Assembly: GCF_009914755.1 (NCBI RefSeq) | Contig: NC_060947.1 | DNA from: the human T2T-CHM13v2.0 reference genome, Homo sapiens | Direction: 5' to 3' (one strand) | DNA: 64,000 nucleotides | Shown here: positions 1-14,164 of the stretch, in pieces | Layout: the number at the start of each line of letters is the position of its first letter | Position numbering within the stretch: position 1 is the stretch's first letter | The notes under the pieces: generated by a model | The model's database searches: none | The model's input: the letters and a program-made list of their open reading frames with translations, nothing else | Told to the model about the DNA's origin: nothing | Made by a program: the position numbers and the translations under genes

Positions 1-1134
<1,134 letters not shown>

Positions 1135-2807
1135 TATCCAGTTTACTTAAAGATTCTAAATAAAACCATATTGCTTTTATTTGAAAGAGAGAGCTAGAAA
1201 AAAGAAAAGGATATTTTACACCTGCATGCCTAGAATCTGCTGAATATTTGTGTTGCCAGCTGGACAAAACTCTTATTATTTATCTGCAGAATTTTGCAAT
1301 TTAAGTTTTACCCCCTTCTCAATTATTCTAGAAACAGAAACAGCTGCAGTGGACAACCAACCACTTACTACAAGAACTTAAGGTTGGCATGGTTCAGGTC
1401 AATTAGAAAACAGAACCAAACGGAGCTAAATCTATAATCTGATGCTGTTTCTCCAACATACAATATAGCATCTTACTCTAAATCTCTTCGGACCCTTAAT
1501 AGGAACACACGTGTCTTGTGCTTTCTATATTCCAGAAGCCTTTTCAGTTTCCAGAAACAACAGATTACTCATTGATCACCCTGTAGTGAAAGGCCAATCA
1601 TGGCCCCTGAGATAAGGGTTCATCTCTGTCCCAAGCCCTCACACTGGCCTCCACCCTCAGCCATCTCCTTTGCAAACGTGGAAGAGAACCTACATTTCAC
1701 CTAGCAAGGGTAAAACCCAAGGGTACACTGTCAGCCTCCAGGGAAGACAGGGCAAAGAAAGAATGTGAACCTACCACCAGAGTTGCTTTGACATCCAGAG
1801 CAAGACCCATTACAAATGATGGAAGGAGGGGAGATTGTGATTACGATCTCATTCCAACTAGGATCACTGCACGTTCTGGGGTTAAACAATAACCACCTAT
1901 GGAAGCATGCAGAATGATCCTTCACTTTGCTCCACCTTCCTCAGAAATGTGCCAAAACTCTTAGAAATCCCACTTGGAATGAATGACTTGATAACATCAA
2001 GTAGTAAGAACCGACTGAGGCTGAAAAGCTTGTCAGCTGCACTTTTAAACCTCAGACGTATTTCATGGGGTCAAATGACAACATACATAGATTCTTCTGA
2101 CAATCCACCTAGGGCATGCGCTAATATTACGTAAGAAAAATCTATTTTTGTCATCAGCTATATAGATGTTCTGGTGTCTAAAGAAACAGCCTACATGAAG
2201 TTAACAAAGAATGACAGCGCAAAACACACTCACGCTATGTCTGTGGAATTTTGGCCACACAGTGGACATGACTGTCAACTGTCTCAGGCAGCCCACAATC
2301 CCATCAGTACTGGGCTTGGTAATCCCCACAGAGACCCTACCTCCATGACCTTTTAGGGTCTCCTGGGCCCCAGACAGTGAGGCAGGCACTTATAGTCTCA
2401 AGTGCTATTATTTGGCAAGGAGGAAGCTACGGGAGTGCAAAAAGGCACAGAAGAGGTCTTCATTTTACTAAAGGTGAAGTAGAAGTCACTCATTAAAATC
2501 CTGCAATCTGGATTTATAAAGATATGGTATATTATGGTCAACACTGCAAATGTTCTTATTACCCTTCGCAGATCTACCTTATTATTTTACGATATTTAAG
2601 AAACTGGAAATAAGCTTATTTTCCTTTGATTTTAAAAGGATTTTAAATAATTCTGTATTAGACTCCAAGAAAACACATTTTACACATACCACATTTTACA
2701 TACACCAAAACTCCTAATTCTGAATATTCTTAACACCCACCCTCTGCCTGACCCTCCCAGCATAGCCATTATCAACAGACATCTTGGGTTGCTCCACAAA
2801 GACCTAG

Positions 2808-3116
2808 ACCCATGCTGTCCAAGCCAGTAGCCACCCACCAAATGAGGCTACAGAGTGCCTGAAATGAGGCTAGTTCAAACTAAGATGTGTTGTATGTATA
2901 AAACACACACAGATTTTGAGGACCTAGTATCAAAATTAATGTCAAACACTTCAAAGATTTTCTTATACTGACTTTGTATTAAATAATATTTTTGATACAT
3001 TAGGTTACATAACATACATCATCCAAATCAATGTCATCTGTATCTTTTTACTTATTAAAAATTGCTCCCCAAAATTTTTACCTGGCTCAATTCTATGAGA
3101 CAGAACTGCTCTGGAC
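2808..3116. mobile_element. MER33/MER3-like hAT-Charlie element
   Basis: ctgtccaa..agtagccac...gctagttcaaactaagatgtgttgt...ggaca termini resemble the recalled consensus. Confidence 0.6.
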
Positions 3117-4534
3117 AACAAACTGTCTTCTCTTTTAAAGAAATTGGGACCATCTTTTGTGTTCCTAATTTCAGTTATTTACAAACAGAATAATCTTCCC
3201 TGTCCAGCTGCTGAGATACTGTTTAATAATTGTCATCTTCTTATTTCAAAATCATCCCAGTTTTTAACTAATCCCACTCCCCTACTCTCTTTCTCTGAAT
3301 GGCATTTGAGAGCCAAAATTATTAATATTACCTAAATCATAACTGACTCTTACCTTGGTCATGAGAAACAGAAACCGAAGTGTATTTTTTTTTTTTTTTA
3401 AAGGACAACTAACAGCATCGTGCATGTCAAAAGCATGGGAAAGTGTCCTGGCTTTCTTCCTGGTCAACATTTCCTCTAAAATCTCCATTTACTTCCTCAT
3501 TCTCCTCTGATTAAACAATCTTCTCCTCTAATGTTAACAATCCTCCATGAAACTATTCGTTTTCAATTTTACTTCCCCAAGTATGCAAGTATTGGGGCTA
3601 CATAGACAAACAGAACTTCCTAGAAAAATGCATTCAAAATTCCCGAAAAACAGACCTATTGTAAAATAACTCATTATAAATTGATAGTATATTGTTATGC
3701 AAACAACAGATACACTGAAGTGAGGTGCTAAAGAATGACAGCAGGCATAATCTGGTAGATTAAATTAAAGTGGCACATCTTGGAAAGCTGTGTTTTATAT
3801 TTACACATTTGGTGAAAGAATGGGATAAACAAAGGTATATTTCCAAGAAAGTTTTGCAAGGCCTTACCACCTCAAAGAAGAGGTAGGGCAGGAAAGGAGG
3901 AAATGGGCAGAAAATGAGGGGGGGGAATAAAAAGAAGCAGGGCTTATTTTTCCAAATAGCACTAATTCTTGGTTATCTGACTAGATCAGAGGATTGGGTA
4001 ACAATGTGAGGTCAATGCTTGTAATGCCATTTAAGTCACATTCATCACTTCAGGGCATGGCTATGTGTGAATCTAGAATCAGAATTAGGCACCAAGCTCA
4101 TTTAGAAGTTTAATAAATTTAATTTTAATGAGACATCTTGTTTGGTATTAAAATTCATGAGACTCCCAGAACAGGTTCTCTGGACCTTTATTAGAGGATA
4201 AGAAATTTATTTGACAATTTAACTTTTTGACCACCGGAGTAGGAAAATTCATGTCTACAAACTATACCTATGTATCCCACAAGCTTTCTGAAATTGAGTC
4301 ATTTCAAATTTAGTAGCTGCATACACCGTTGGCTCCAATTAGTGACCTCTACGGGGATTTTTTTTTTCCTTTGGAATTCATCAGTTTACACCTCTGTGTT
4401 CATAAAATGAAGAGAATGGTTTCTGCATGCCTTTTTAAAAGGAAACACTGCTAGGGAATTACCCAGCAATATGATGAGCAGAAACAAGGTCACATTCACA
4501 ATTTAAGATGAGCTCAACATCATTTATATTTAGA

Positions 4535-4720
4535 ACTGGATCAATCCAGAATCGTTTCTCAGCTTGGCTTATTAGCTGTGTGACCTTGGGCAAGTAGCTT
4601 TACCTCTCTGAGCTGCAGGGTTTTTTTTTTTTTTTTTTTTTTAATTAGTGACATGCAAATACTTCCTCCTAACTTGCAGGGTTTTGAAATGAAGGAATGA
4701 TATACGTAACCAAGCAGGTC
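4535..4720. mobile_element. MIR
   Basis: Core ttagctgtgtgaccttgggcaagt...tacctctctgagc. Confidence 0.75.
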
Positions 4721-4962
4721 AGCTGTCTACAAAGAGTATGCAGACATGTTTATAGATATATGAAGCCTCCTGGTGATTATGTGTCATAGTGTTAACTGTG
4801 TCAAGGCTTTCGGTAGAGCTCAGCATAGTTCTGTCTTGAGTTAAAAACAGGGTTTTATTCTTTGAATTCTACTTGAATTCCTCTTGGCTGGTGAAGTTCA
4901 CATGTGCTAAGACTGACTACCTTAGTACACTGCCAAGGGTTTCTTAATGCCTCGGATTGATA

Positions 4963-5090
4963 GAGCAGCTGTTCTCAAACGTTCACGCGCTTAAAATGCA
5001 GATTCTGATTGGGCAGGGGTAGGGTGGGGCCCCAGCTTCTACATTTACAAGTAGCCCACAGGTGATGTCCCCGGTGCTGGTCACCCTAGG
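4963..5090. mobile_element. MER5A fragment
   Basis: cagctgttctcaaac...taaaatgcagattctgatt...ggtggggccc...caggtgat. Confidence 0.65.
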
Positions 5091-5107
5091 CAGCCAGGCC
5101 ACTTGAC

Positions 5108-5331
5108 GGACCTTCTGTGCCTCTACACTGTTGACGGCGCGGGATAATTCCTTATGGTTGCATAGGGCACTCCTGTGCACTGCGGGAAGTTTAACAGTAT
5201 CACTGGTCTGGACTCCACTAGATGCCAGTGACCCCATCACTCCTCGCCAGCTGTGACAGCCAAAATGTCTCCTGACATCGCCATTGCCAGATGCCCTCAG
5301 GGCTGCAAAACCGCCAGGTAGAGAACCGCTA
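5108..5331 (-). mobile_element. MER20 (hAT-Charlie)
   Basis: ccactagatgccagt...gtgacagccaaaatgtctcc.gacat.gcca...gagaacc. Confidence 0.8.
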
Positions 5332-5499
5332 CCATGCAGGATGCTACCATCAAAGTGCGCCCACAGCAGCAACCTTGGAGCAGGCAGGCAAGTATCCTCC
5401 AGGCTACTTTGCAGACGGGGAAGCTGAGGCTGGGCACCGCTCAAGGTCGCACGCATGCGTAACCGAAAAGAGAGCGCGGAGGTCCCGCCGCGCCTCGCT

Positions 5500-5868
5500 C
5501 TGAGGAGAGGACGCGGAGCCGCGCGCCCGCCCGGTGGACCCCAGGGACTGCTCCCACGTGCTCCGGCCCCACGCGCGGGCCGCCGACCGGAAGCGGGTGC
5601 TGGGGCCGCGTAGACGCCGCGGCCACGCGCGCCCGCCAGCCCGGACATGGGCCCGCGGGCGCTCCTGGCCGCCGCCCGACTTCGGGGCCAGCCGGGGGCA
5701 GAGCGCGCGGGAGCCCGAGCGTCCCTGCATGAACACCGCCCCGCCGCGGCCCCCAGGCCGTGACGTACCCCGCGCCGACCGTCCCCACGCCCACACAAGA
5801 CCGCCCTTACTGGAGGCGGCGGCTGCACACTACCCACCCAGAAGAAGTCCGTCCATGTCAAAGATGAG
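5500..5868 (+). other. STS: Upstream first (5'UTR) exon of steroid sulfatase; start approximate, donor at 5869
   Basis: Donor GAG|gtgggt at 5868/5869 inside the CpG island. STS is known to start head-to-head with PUDP. The TSS cannot be read from sequence. Confidence 0.75.
5645..5722 (+). ncRNA. MIR4767: Annotated pre-miRNA hairpin mir-4767 (mature ~5654-5676)
   Basis: ACATGGGCCCGCGGGCGCTCCTGGCCGCCGCCCGACTTCGGGGCCAGCCGGGGGCAGAGCGCGCGGGAGCCCGAGCGT matches the recalled miRBase stem-loop; the arms pair imperfectly (CTGGCC/GGCCAG). Whether it is a bona fide miRNA is uncertain. Confidence 0.75.
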
Positions 5869-5898
5869 GTGGGTGACGGGCTGCGGGGGCGCCGCCAT
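5838..5898 (-). CDS. PUDP: Pseudouridine-5'-phosphatase (HDHD1) coding exon 1, 61 nt, phase-1 intron follows; rest of gene lies left of the window
   Basis: Minus strand reads gccaccATGGCGGCGCCCCCGCAGCCCGTCACCCACCTCATCTTTGACATGGACGGACTTCTTCTGG|gtgggt = MAAPPQPVTHLIFDMDGLLL. Perfect Kozak, HAD motif I (FDxDGxL), GT donor at 5837. Matches the recalled human PUDP N-terminus. Too short for the ORF track. Confidence 0.97.
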
Positions 5899-6890
5899 GG
5901 TGGCGCCTTCTGGGTCTGGGTGGGGGCGAGGAGGAAGTGCGCGCGCACCCGCCCGCCCCGCGCACGCGCACTGAGGACCTTCTCGCGCGCCCGGGGTCGC
6001 TCTGCGCACGCGCCTTCCGCGGCCCCTCGCCCGGCTCCGAGCCCGCGCGTCCTGGGCTGCCTAGTGGCGCTCCGCGCACGCGCACCTTGGGCTTTCGCCG
6101 CAGCTGTAGCTGCAGACCCGGGATGCGGCGCGGGCCGGCGCTGTATGTTTACCCGCATCAATTCCTCCTCACTTCACACCCGGAATCGGGCCAAGCTACT
6201 CAGCCAGCGGCCGCGCAGAGCCGAGGCCCTCGTCTGGGGACAAATTCAGTGCTTGAGTTTGGATCAGGGGTGTGAATGAGGAAGGAGGGACAGTACAAGG
6301 GGCTGTAGAGTGGGGAAAGGGGATTGAAGATGCTCAGGGTGGTATCACTTCTAGCCATCAGGTTGCAGACAAATGGCCTTGGTCAGGAGGTCCCTGGGTG
6401 GGTTCGCCCGAGCCCCCAGTCCCTGGACCGTGGGTGGGTTTTTCTCAGTTTCGCTTGCCCGCCTCCTTGCGGTCCTGGACCGCGACTTGAACCGGCAGCC
6501 GCGCATGCGCAGTGTGCGGAGAGGCTGCACAACCTCCGTGCCTGCATCTCTGAGCATCCCAGGCTGGTGCATTGTCCCAGAGCAAAGCCAAGCTGCTCAA
6601 GGAGGATGCTGAAATAATACTAACAGTCAACATGTCTTGCTGGTTGTGCCTTCTTAGGTATCATCTGTCTTTTGGGCTGCTCTGAGTTTTCTTTCTTTTT
6701 TAACTTTTCAAATGCCACCTAAACAGCTTTCTTTTTTTTTTTTCCCGTTTGCCATCGTCAAAAAAATACTTTTTTGTCCCTGTTTCTATTTCGTGTTCGT
6801 TTATGTGGTATATTCACGTTTAAGGAAAAGGATTGGACCTTTTGAGAAGCGGAAATAGGAGAATTTCAAGACTTTAAAAACGTGAGGGTG

Positions 6891-7045
6891 TGCTGGGCGC
6901 AGTGGCCCACACCTGTAATCCCAGTACTTAGGGAGGCAGAAGTGGGAGTTGGGGGAATAGTTTGAGCCCAGAAGTTTAAGAACTGCCTGGGCAATATAGC
7001 GAGACCCTGTTCTCCACAAAAGGGGAAAAAGACAAAAAAAAAAAG
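6891..7045 (+). mobile_element. FLAM/AluJ monomer
   Basis: Single Alu arm plus A tail; degenerate TSD aaacgtgagggtgt / aaacatgagagtgt. Confidence 0.85.
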
Positions 7046-7388
7046 GTGTAAACATGAGAGTGTATTTCTAGTTTAGTGCAGACATAGTGGACAGGGGCAT
7101 GCCTGGATTCAGCAAGAATTATTATCTATGATAGACAAAGTGCACCTGTGTCTGTTTCCTCCTGGGTAAAATGGAGGTGATAAAGGAGGTGAGGCAGGCC
7201 AAGCCCTTAGTACCAGTGCATAATATATAGTCAATAAAATTATGTGTTCTTAGAGGTGGTACTATAAGAGAGCTTCCCCCATTTAATGCAATCGTGATTT
7301 CCCTTTGAGGACACGGGATTTCAGAGAAGGCAATTTATGAGCAAATTAGGTAGGGACTTGCGCCTCAAATACAGTCGTTCGTGGTTTC

Positions 7389-7800
7389 TGTATTAGTTTA
7401 CTACAGCTGCCATAGTAATATACCACAGACTAAGTAACCTAAACAGCAGATGTGTATTGTGTCACAGATCTGGAGGCCAGAAGTCCTAGATCAAGATGTC
7501 AGCAGTCTTAATTCCTTCTGAGGGCTGTGAGGAAAGGACCTATTCCAGGTCTTTCTCCTCAGCTTGAACCTGCTTTCCTTTCCCTGTATCTTGTCCTATC
7601 GTCTTCCCTCTGTGTGTGTCTCTGTGTCCAAATTTTCTCCTTTTATAAGAACACGATTCTTATTGGACTAAGGACCACCCTAATAACTACATTTTAATTT
7701 GATTACCTCTGACAAAATCCTGTTTCCAAATAAGGTCACATTCTGAGGTAGCGGGGATGAGGACTCCAACATATATTTTTGGGAACACAATTCCATAATA
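7389..7800 (-). mobile_element. MLT1 (ERVL-MaLR) solo LTR
   Basis: tgtattagttt...ataccacagact...tctggaggccagaagtc..gatcaag...aaataaggtcacattctgaggta. Confidence 0.85.
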
Positions 7801-7989
7801 GATGCATTGCACACACATAGCTGTGGTACCTACAGTAAGTATGACAGTATTTCCCACCTGGAGTCTGTAGAATTCTCCCTCCCAGTTTCCTTCCATTCTC
7901 TGGAAACAAATGGATGCACACATGTCAGAGTTACTGTTATTTTTTTGGTATTGTAACCACCTCACATTTCTGTTTAGTCATTAAATTAA

Positions 7990-8305
<316 letters not shown>

Positions 8306-9514
8306 AAAAAAGAGTATTTTTCAAAGGAAAAAAGGCCCCAATGCCATTTTGACGAAATGGCAAAGCCTCACAGCGATTGTGGAAGAGACAGATTGGGAAA
8401 TCGTAGGTACTTCAGCTCTCCACAGATGTGAAAACATGCTTCACATTATGTTTTTATCAGTCTTATTTTCTACACTTTTCAGTAACATCACTTCTATGCA
8501 TAAGATGGAAGACTCCTCTTTGCTTAAAAAAAAAAAAACAAACTGAATGGTGAATGCTTCTCTGTCACAAGCTAGATTGGAAAAGAATGAAATTTTGTTC
8601 TAGCAATGTGGTTTGTACACATATAACAAGTTAGTTTTTAGCTTTTCATAATTCTCCAACAGCCAAAGATGGGCAGTTTCTATGCTGATGGGGATGCATT
8701 TCCTTCCATGAATTACAGTTTACTTTTGTACAGTTGTGTTCTCCCCATGGGACAATAACTTACTTTTCCTGACAATTTTAAGACACAATAGAAATGATCC
8801 AGTAAACTACAGTACGATGGCATCAAAAGCACATTATCAATGGGACAAATAAACAGATGCTCTTCTTTCACACAACATGTAAACTTAAACATGCCATTTA
8901 TTGTGTGTATATATATGCCATCCTGTAGGGAGTCTTAGCTTATTTCAACTTCCTTAGTTTGTTGTCCTGGTTCCTGTGTCTCTGTGCTTTTGTTATCTGT
9001 TGTATTTGGTTTCCAGTCTGCTGTATCTGTTTTCTGTGAGCCCACTTTGCCCTGTTATTCTCTTTACTTTTCTAGGGGTACAAATCTTGCCCAGCGTAGA
9101 TGGAGGGTAACAGGTTGGACTAGGGACCATCTTTCTCAGTGGCTGTACACAGTCTACTTTTCTTGATGATGCTGAGAGACCAGAAAGCTCTGACTTCATC
9201 TGATGGGGCCTGAATTTGAGCTCCTCATTGCAGACTTACCTGCCTTCTTCCCCTAGATAGCTGGCTTTGCAACGCTGACTTAGGAAGTCTCTTGCTTCAG
9301 AGGCACTGAATATTCTCACCCCTTCCCGCTGCTGCTTTCCTCCAAGCCCAGTGAGCTCTGGAAGGGAGCCTGACATAGATGGCTGAATTCGCCACTCCTG
9401 GCTTTGTACTCTCGGACATATCTGGTATTTTTGTGTGGGGAGGGTCATTGTTTTTGAACCCCTTCACCATCAGAGTGCAAACTGGCTCTGAGCGAGAGGT
9501 CCAGTTTGCTTCTC

Positions 9515-10036
<522 letters not shown>

Positions 10037-10087
10037 AGGATTATTATTTTAATGTAAAGAAGTAGCAAATGTGTTAAGTTTACCAAG

Positions 10088-10403
10088 ATTTATTTTTATT
10101 TTATTTTATTTTATTTTTTGAGACAGGATCTCACTGTGTTGCCCAGGGTGGAGTGCAGTGGCGTGAAGTCGGCTCACTGCAACTCCCCTCCTTCCGGGTT
10201 CAAGCGATCCTGTCACCTCAGCCTCCCAGGTAGCTGGGACTACAGGTGCCCACCACCATGCCTAGCTAACTTGTGTATTTTTTAGTGGAGACGGGGTTTC
10301 ACCATGTTGGCCAGGCTAGTCTCAAACTCCTGACCTCAAGTAATCCGCCCGCCTTGGCCTTCCAAAGTGCTGGAAGTACAGGCAGGAGCCATGGCACCCA
10401 GCC
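10088..10403 (-). mobile_element. Alu (S/J)
   Basis: (TTTTA)n tail and antisense dimer. Confidence 0.9.
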
Positions 10404-10983
10404 CTAACATTTAATATTTGTGTGAACACTGGCGAATGTTCTTGTGTCCTGGTCTTTTCTCCAGGTATCCTTGCAGGGAGGAGGGGAGACATCATTGCTC
10501 TCAACCATTTTATTTGATTTCAGCATAATGCAATGTACATATTAAGGTAAAGTGTATTTATGGCTTATATTATTTAATTTTTAAATCAACTGTCAAAAAA
10601 TGGACAGAGGGATTAAAGACATGCCTATGAAAATAATAAAATGTAGCTTCCAGTTAATAACAAGAAAGTAGAAATTCCAGCATCAGCTTTATAGCCTTCA
10701 CTAATGATTACAGATCATGTTTCGTAATATCCGTAATGTTAGTGCCTAAGTAGACACACACTATTCTAAAATAGCACATGTGAAGGGAGGATGTGTGCTC
10801 CAAAAATGTGGAGAAGTGAAGCATGTGGTCAGACCTTACCATGCATTCGAATTTCCTCTGTCCTGCCAGGATTCTCACTGACTAGACATGACTGGACATC
10901 TGAGAGAGGGGCTCAGGCTTCATCACACCCCACCCTTTATCATCTCATTGTTCTGAGATTTAGGGCTCCTGACTCCAAACAGT

Positions 10984-11805
10984 TCCCTCCTTGCTTGCCC
11001 CTCTCTCCCTTTCTCCTTCCCTCCCTTTCTTTCCTCCTTCTCTCTTTCCCTGTCTTCCTTCCTGTCCTCCTCTTCGACTCCTTCCCTCTCTCCTTCCCTC
11101 CCTTCCTTTCCTCCTTCTCTCTTTTCCTGTCTTCCTTCCAGTTCTCCTCCTCCACTCTCTCCCTCTCTCATTCCTTCCCTTCCTTTCCTCCTGTCTTCCT
11201 CCTGTCCTCCTCCTTGACTCCTTCCCTCTCTCCTTCCCTCCCTTCCTTTCCTCCTCCTTCTCTCTTTCTGTTTTCCTTCCTGTTCTTCTCCTCCACTCTC
11301 TCCTTCCTTCCCTTCCTTTCCTCCTTCTCTCTTTTCCTGTCTTCCTTCCTGTCCTCCTCCGTGACTCCCTCACTCTCTGCTTCCTTCTCTTCCTTTCCTC
11401 CTTCTCTCTTTTCCTGTCTTCCTTCCTGTCCTCCTCAACTCCCTCCCTCTCTCCTTCCCTCCCTTCCTTTCCTCCTTCTCTCTTTTCCTGTCTTTCTTCC
11501 TGTCCTCCTCCTCCTCGACTCCTTCCCTCTCTCCTTCCCTCCCTTCCTTTCCTCCTTCTCTCTTTTTCTGTCTTCCTTCCTGTCCTCCTCCTCAACTCCC
11601 TCCCTCTCTGCTTCCTTCCCTTCCTTTCCTCCTTCTCTCTTTTCCTGTCTTCCTTCCTTCCTGTCCTCCTGCTCAACTCCCTCCCTCTCTGCTTCCTTCC
11701 CTTCCTTTCTTTCTTCTCTCTTTTCCTGTCTTCCTGTTCTCCTCCTAAACTCCCTCCCCCTCTCCTGCCCTCTCTCCCTCTTTTCCTTTTTTCTTTCCCT
11801 CCTGA
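10984..11805 (+). repeat. Polypyrimidine tandem repeat, ~65-70 bp unit, ~11-12 copies
   Basis: Recurrent ctccttccctcccttcctttcctccttctctcttttcctgtcttccttcctgtcctcctc. Confidence 0.95.
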
Positions 11806-13488
11806 CATTTCCTCTGGCGTAGCTCCCTCTCTCCAGGACCTGTGAGGGGTTTGTGCACCCATAATGGATACAAATGGGGATGTCAGCAACTTGGGCCTTT
11901 GCTGTGTCTTGTACCACATTCACAAAGAGGGGTACCCACTGGCCCTGCCTGCTGAAGCCTCTCTCCTTGAATGGAATCACAGCTGGAGCTCACCACGCAG
12001 AGAGCTGAATGCCATCTCTAATGTGCGCCTTGCGTCGTCTCTGCTTCTGAATAAACCACATGCCCACCTGCAAGGCTCTGAGTTCCTGTCACATCTTATG
12101 CAAGTTGCTTAGTGCACTGGTCACTTCTCCGAAGTGTTTATAAAGGCCACATGCTGAGAGTCTGAGATGAAAGAGTGATTCGTTTATGGTTAAAGTTGGC
12201 TCATTGTTTCATAGCAACTGTTGTAATAGCCACCAGCCCTCAAATAATTATGATGTACTTACAACTTTATAAATGATCTGTTACTTCATTGACTCGGCAA
12301 CTTTGCAAGGTAAACAATGGAATTCTTCTTCTTATAGAAATAAAGAAATGGAGCTTGAGGAAAGTCAGGTAGCTTGCCACAAGTCATATACCTGAAAACG
12401 ATCAGGGTGGAGAGTTCAACCTCTGTTGGTCTTCCTTCCTCAAAAAGAGCCAAAAGGCAAAAACTATCTATTAATATGTTTCCTATATGTTTTCAAAATT
12501 TCTTATGTTGTATGTAAGCAATCAGGACCACAACGTGAATAGATAATATCAAAATCAAACACAGGAGTGAATGTGCAAATAAAGGGAAAAAAAGTATTCT
12601 AGAAAACACCAGCAAAAAAAAATAAGGAAAAGGAAGCTTCAAAAAATAAACAAGGAACATTTGTTTTCTTCAATTATGATGTCAGTATGGCATGTCAGCG
12701 ATAACGTGGTCCAACCAGTCATTTCTAGGATTGAAATTTTTCTCCTTTATTTTACTTGCACCCAACTCCTGTGCTGCTTGGTGCAAGCTAACATCTGGAG
12801 GGAACAGAAAGCTGGTTGCACAGCCTCTCCCTTCAGCTTCCCCATGATCACATAAGCCTGGAAAATGTGCTGAATGAGTCCTTGCCTCCTCAATTCACAG
12901 CCATGTGTTCACTTGAAACTCTCCCATTTCTGTGGTCAACGATGGTCTTCCCATTTTTTTTTTTAACACAACAGTTCCCAAACTTACTCAACAGGGACCA
13001 TCACATATGCTCTTTAAAAAGAACATAATATCTCCTTCAAACACACTTTAGAAATACCAGACTACTGTTCAGCATAGGGTCCATTCTGACTTACATTCTG
13101 CCTCACCACCAACTTTCTTGAAGCAATCATTCAGTAAGGCTGTGGGATTTTGCCAAGTCAGCGTGACACCAAACACATTGGAAAAGCAGACTAAATTTAC
13201 AGAGTAAAATTCAGAGAATGAGAATCTTAGGTACCTCAAATAGTTAAGATTTTAAGAATCTTAAAGGGAACAGATTATGTTTATATGTATATATGTATAC
13301 CATGCATATGTTATATAATCTATATAAATAATATATTGGTGTGCATGATTTTTATAAACTTGAGGAAATGCCTTTATATATAACTTAAATATATTTAGTT
13401 TGTATATATTCACAAATGTATATGTTAAATATTATATTACAAACAATGCAACTGCATGGCTTTAAGAAAGTTAAGAAGAAAGGTGATT

Positions 13489-13990
<502 letters not shown>

Positions 13991-14131
13991 TATATATGAT
14001 TTAAATTTATTACATATATACACACATATAGATGCATGCATGTGTGGGTTTTTTTATTTTTGGCTGGCTCTTGCTTCTCTTTGGATGTATGTGTGGTTTT
14101 AACAATCTTCAGGTGAAAGGTCTTTATATAT

Positions 14132-14164
<33 letters not shown>

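Larger units (their letters stand above)
5430..6545. promoter_or_regulatory. CpG island, shared PUDP/STS promoter region
   Basis: Very high GC and CpG density. NRF1-like sites at 5451, 5960, 6003, 6074 and 6501; ETS-like CCGGAAG ~5587 and AGGAAGTG ~5932; GC boxes ~5737 and ~5953. No obvious TATA box. Confidence 0.95.

Noticed and set aside
4983-6161. 392-aa minus-strand ORF and other long ORFs over the CpG island
   Set aside because: Low-complexity R/G/A/P translation expected from stop-poor GC-rich DNA; out of frame with PUDP and running through MER20/MER5A.
10791-11980. 343/319/284/181-aa ORFs
   Set aside because: Artefacts of the CT repeat, which lacks stop codons (S/P/F/L or R/E/G/K only).
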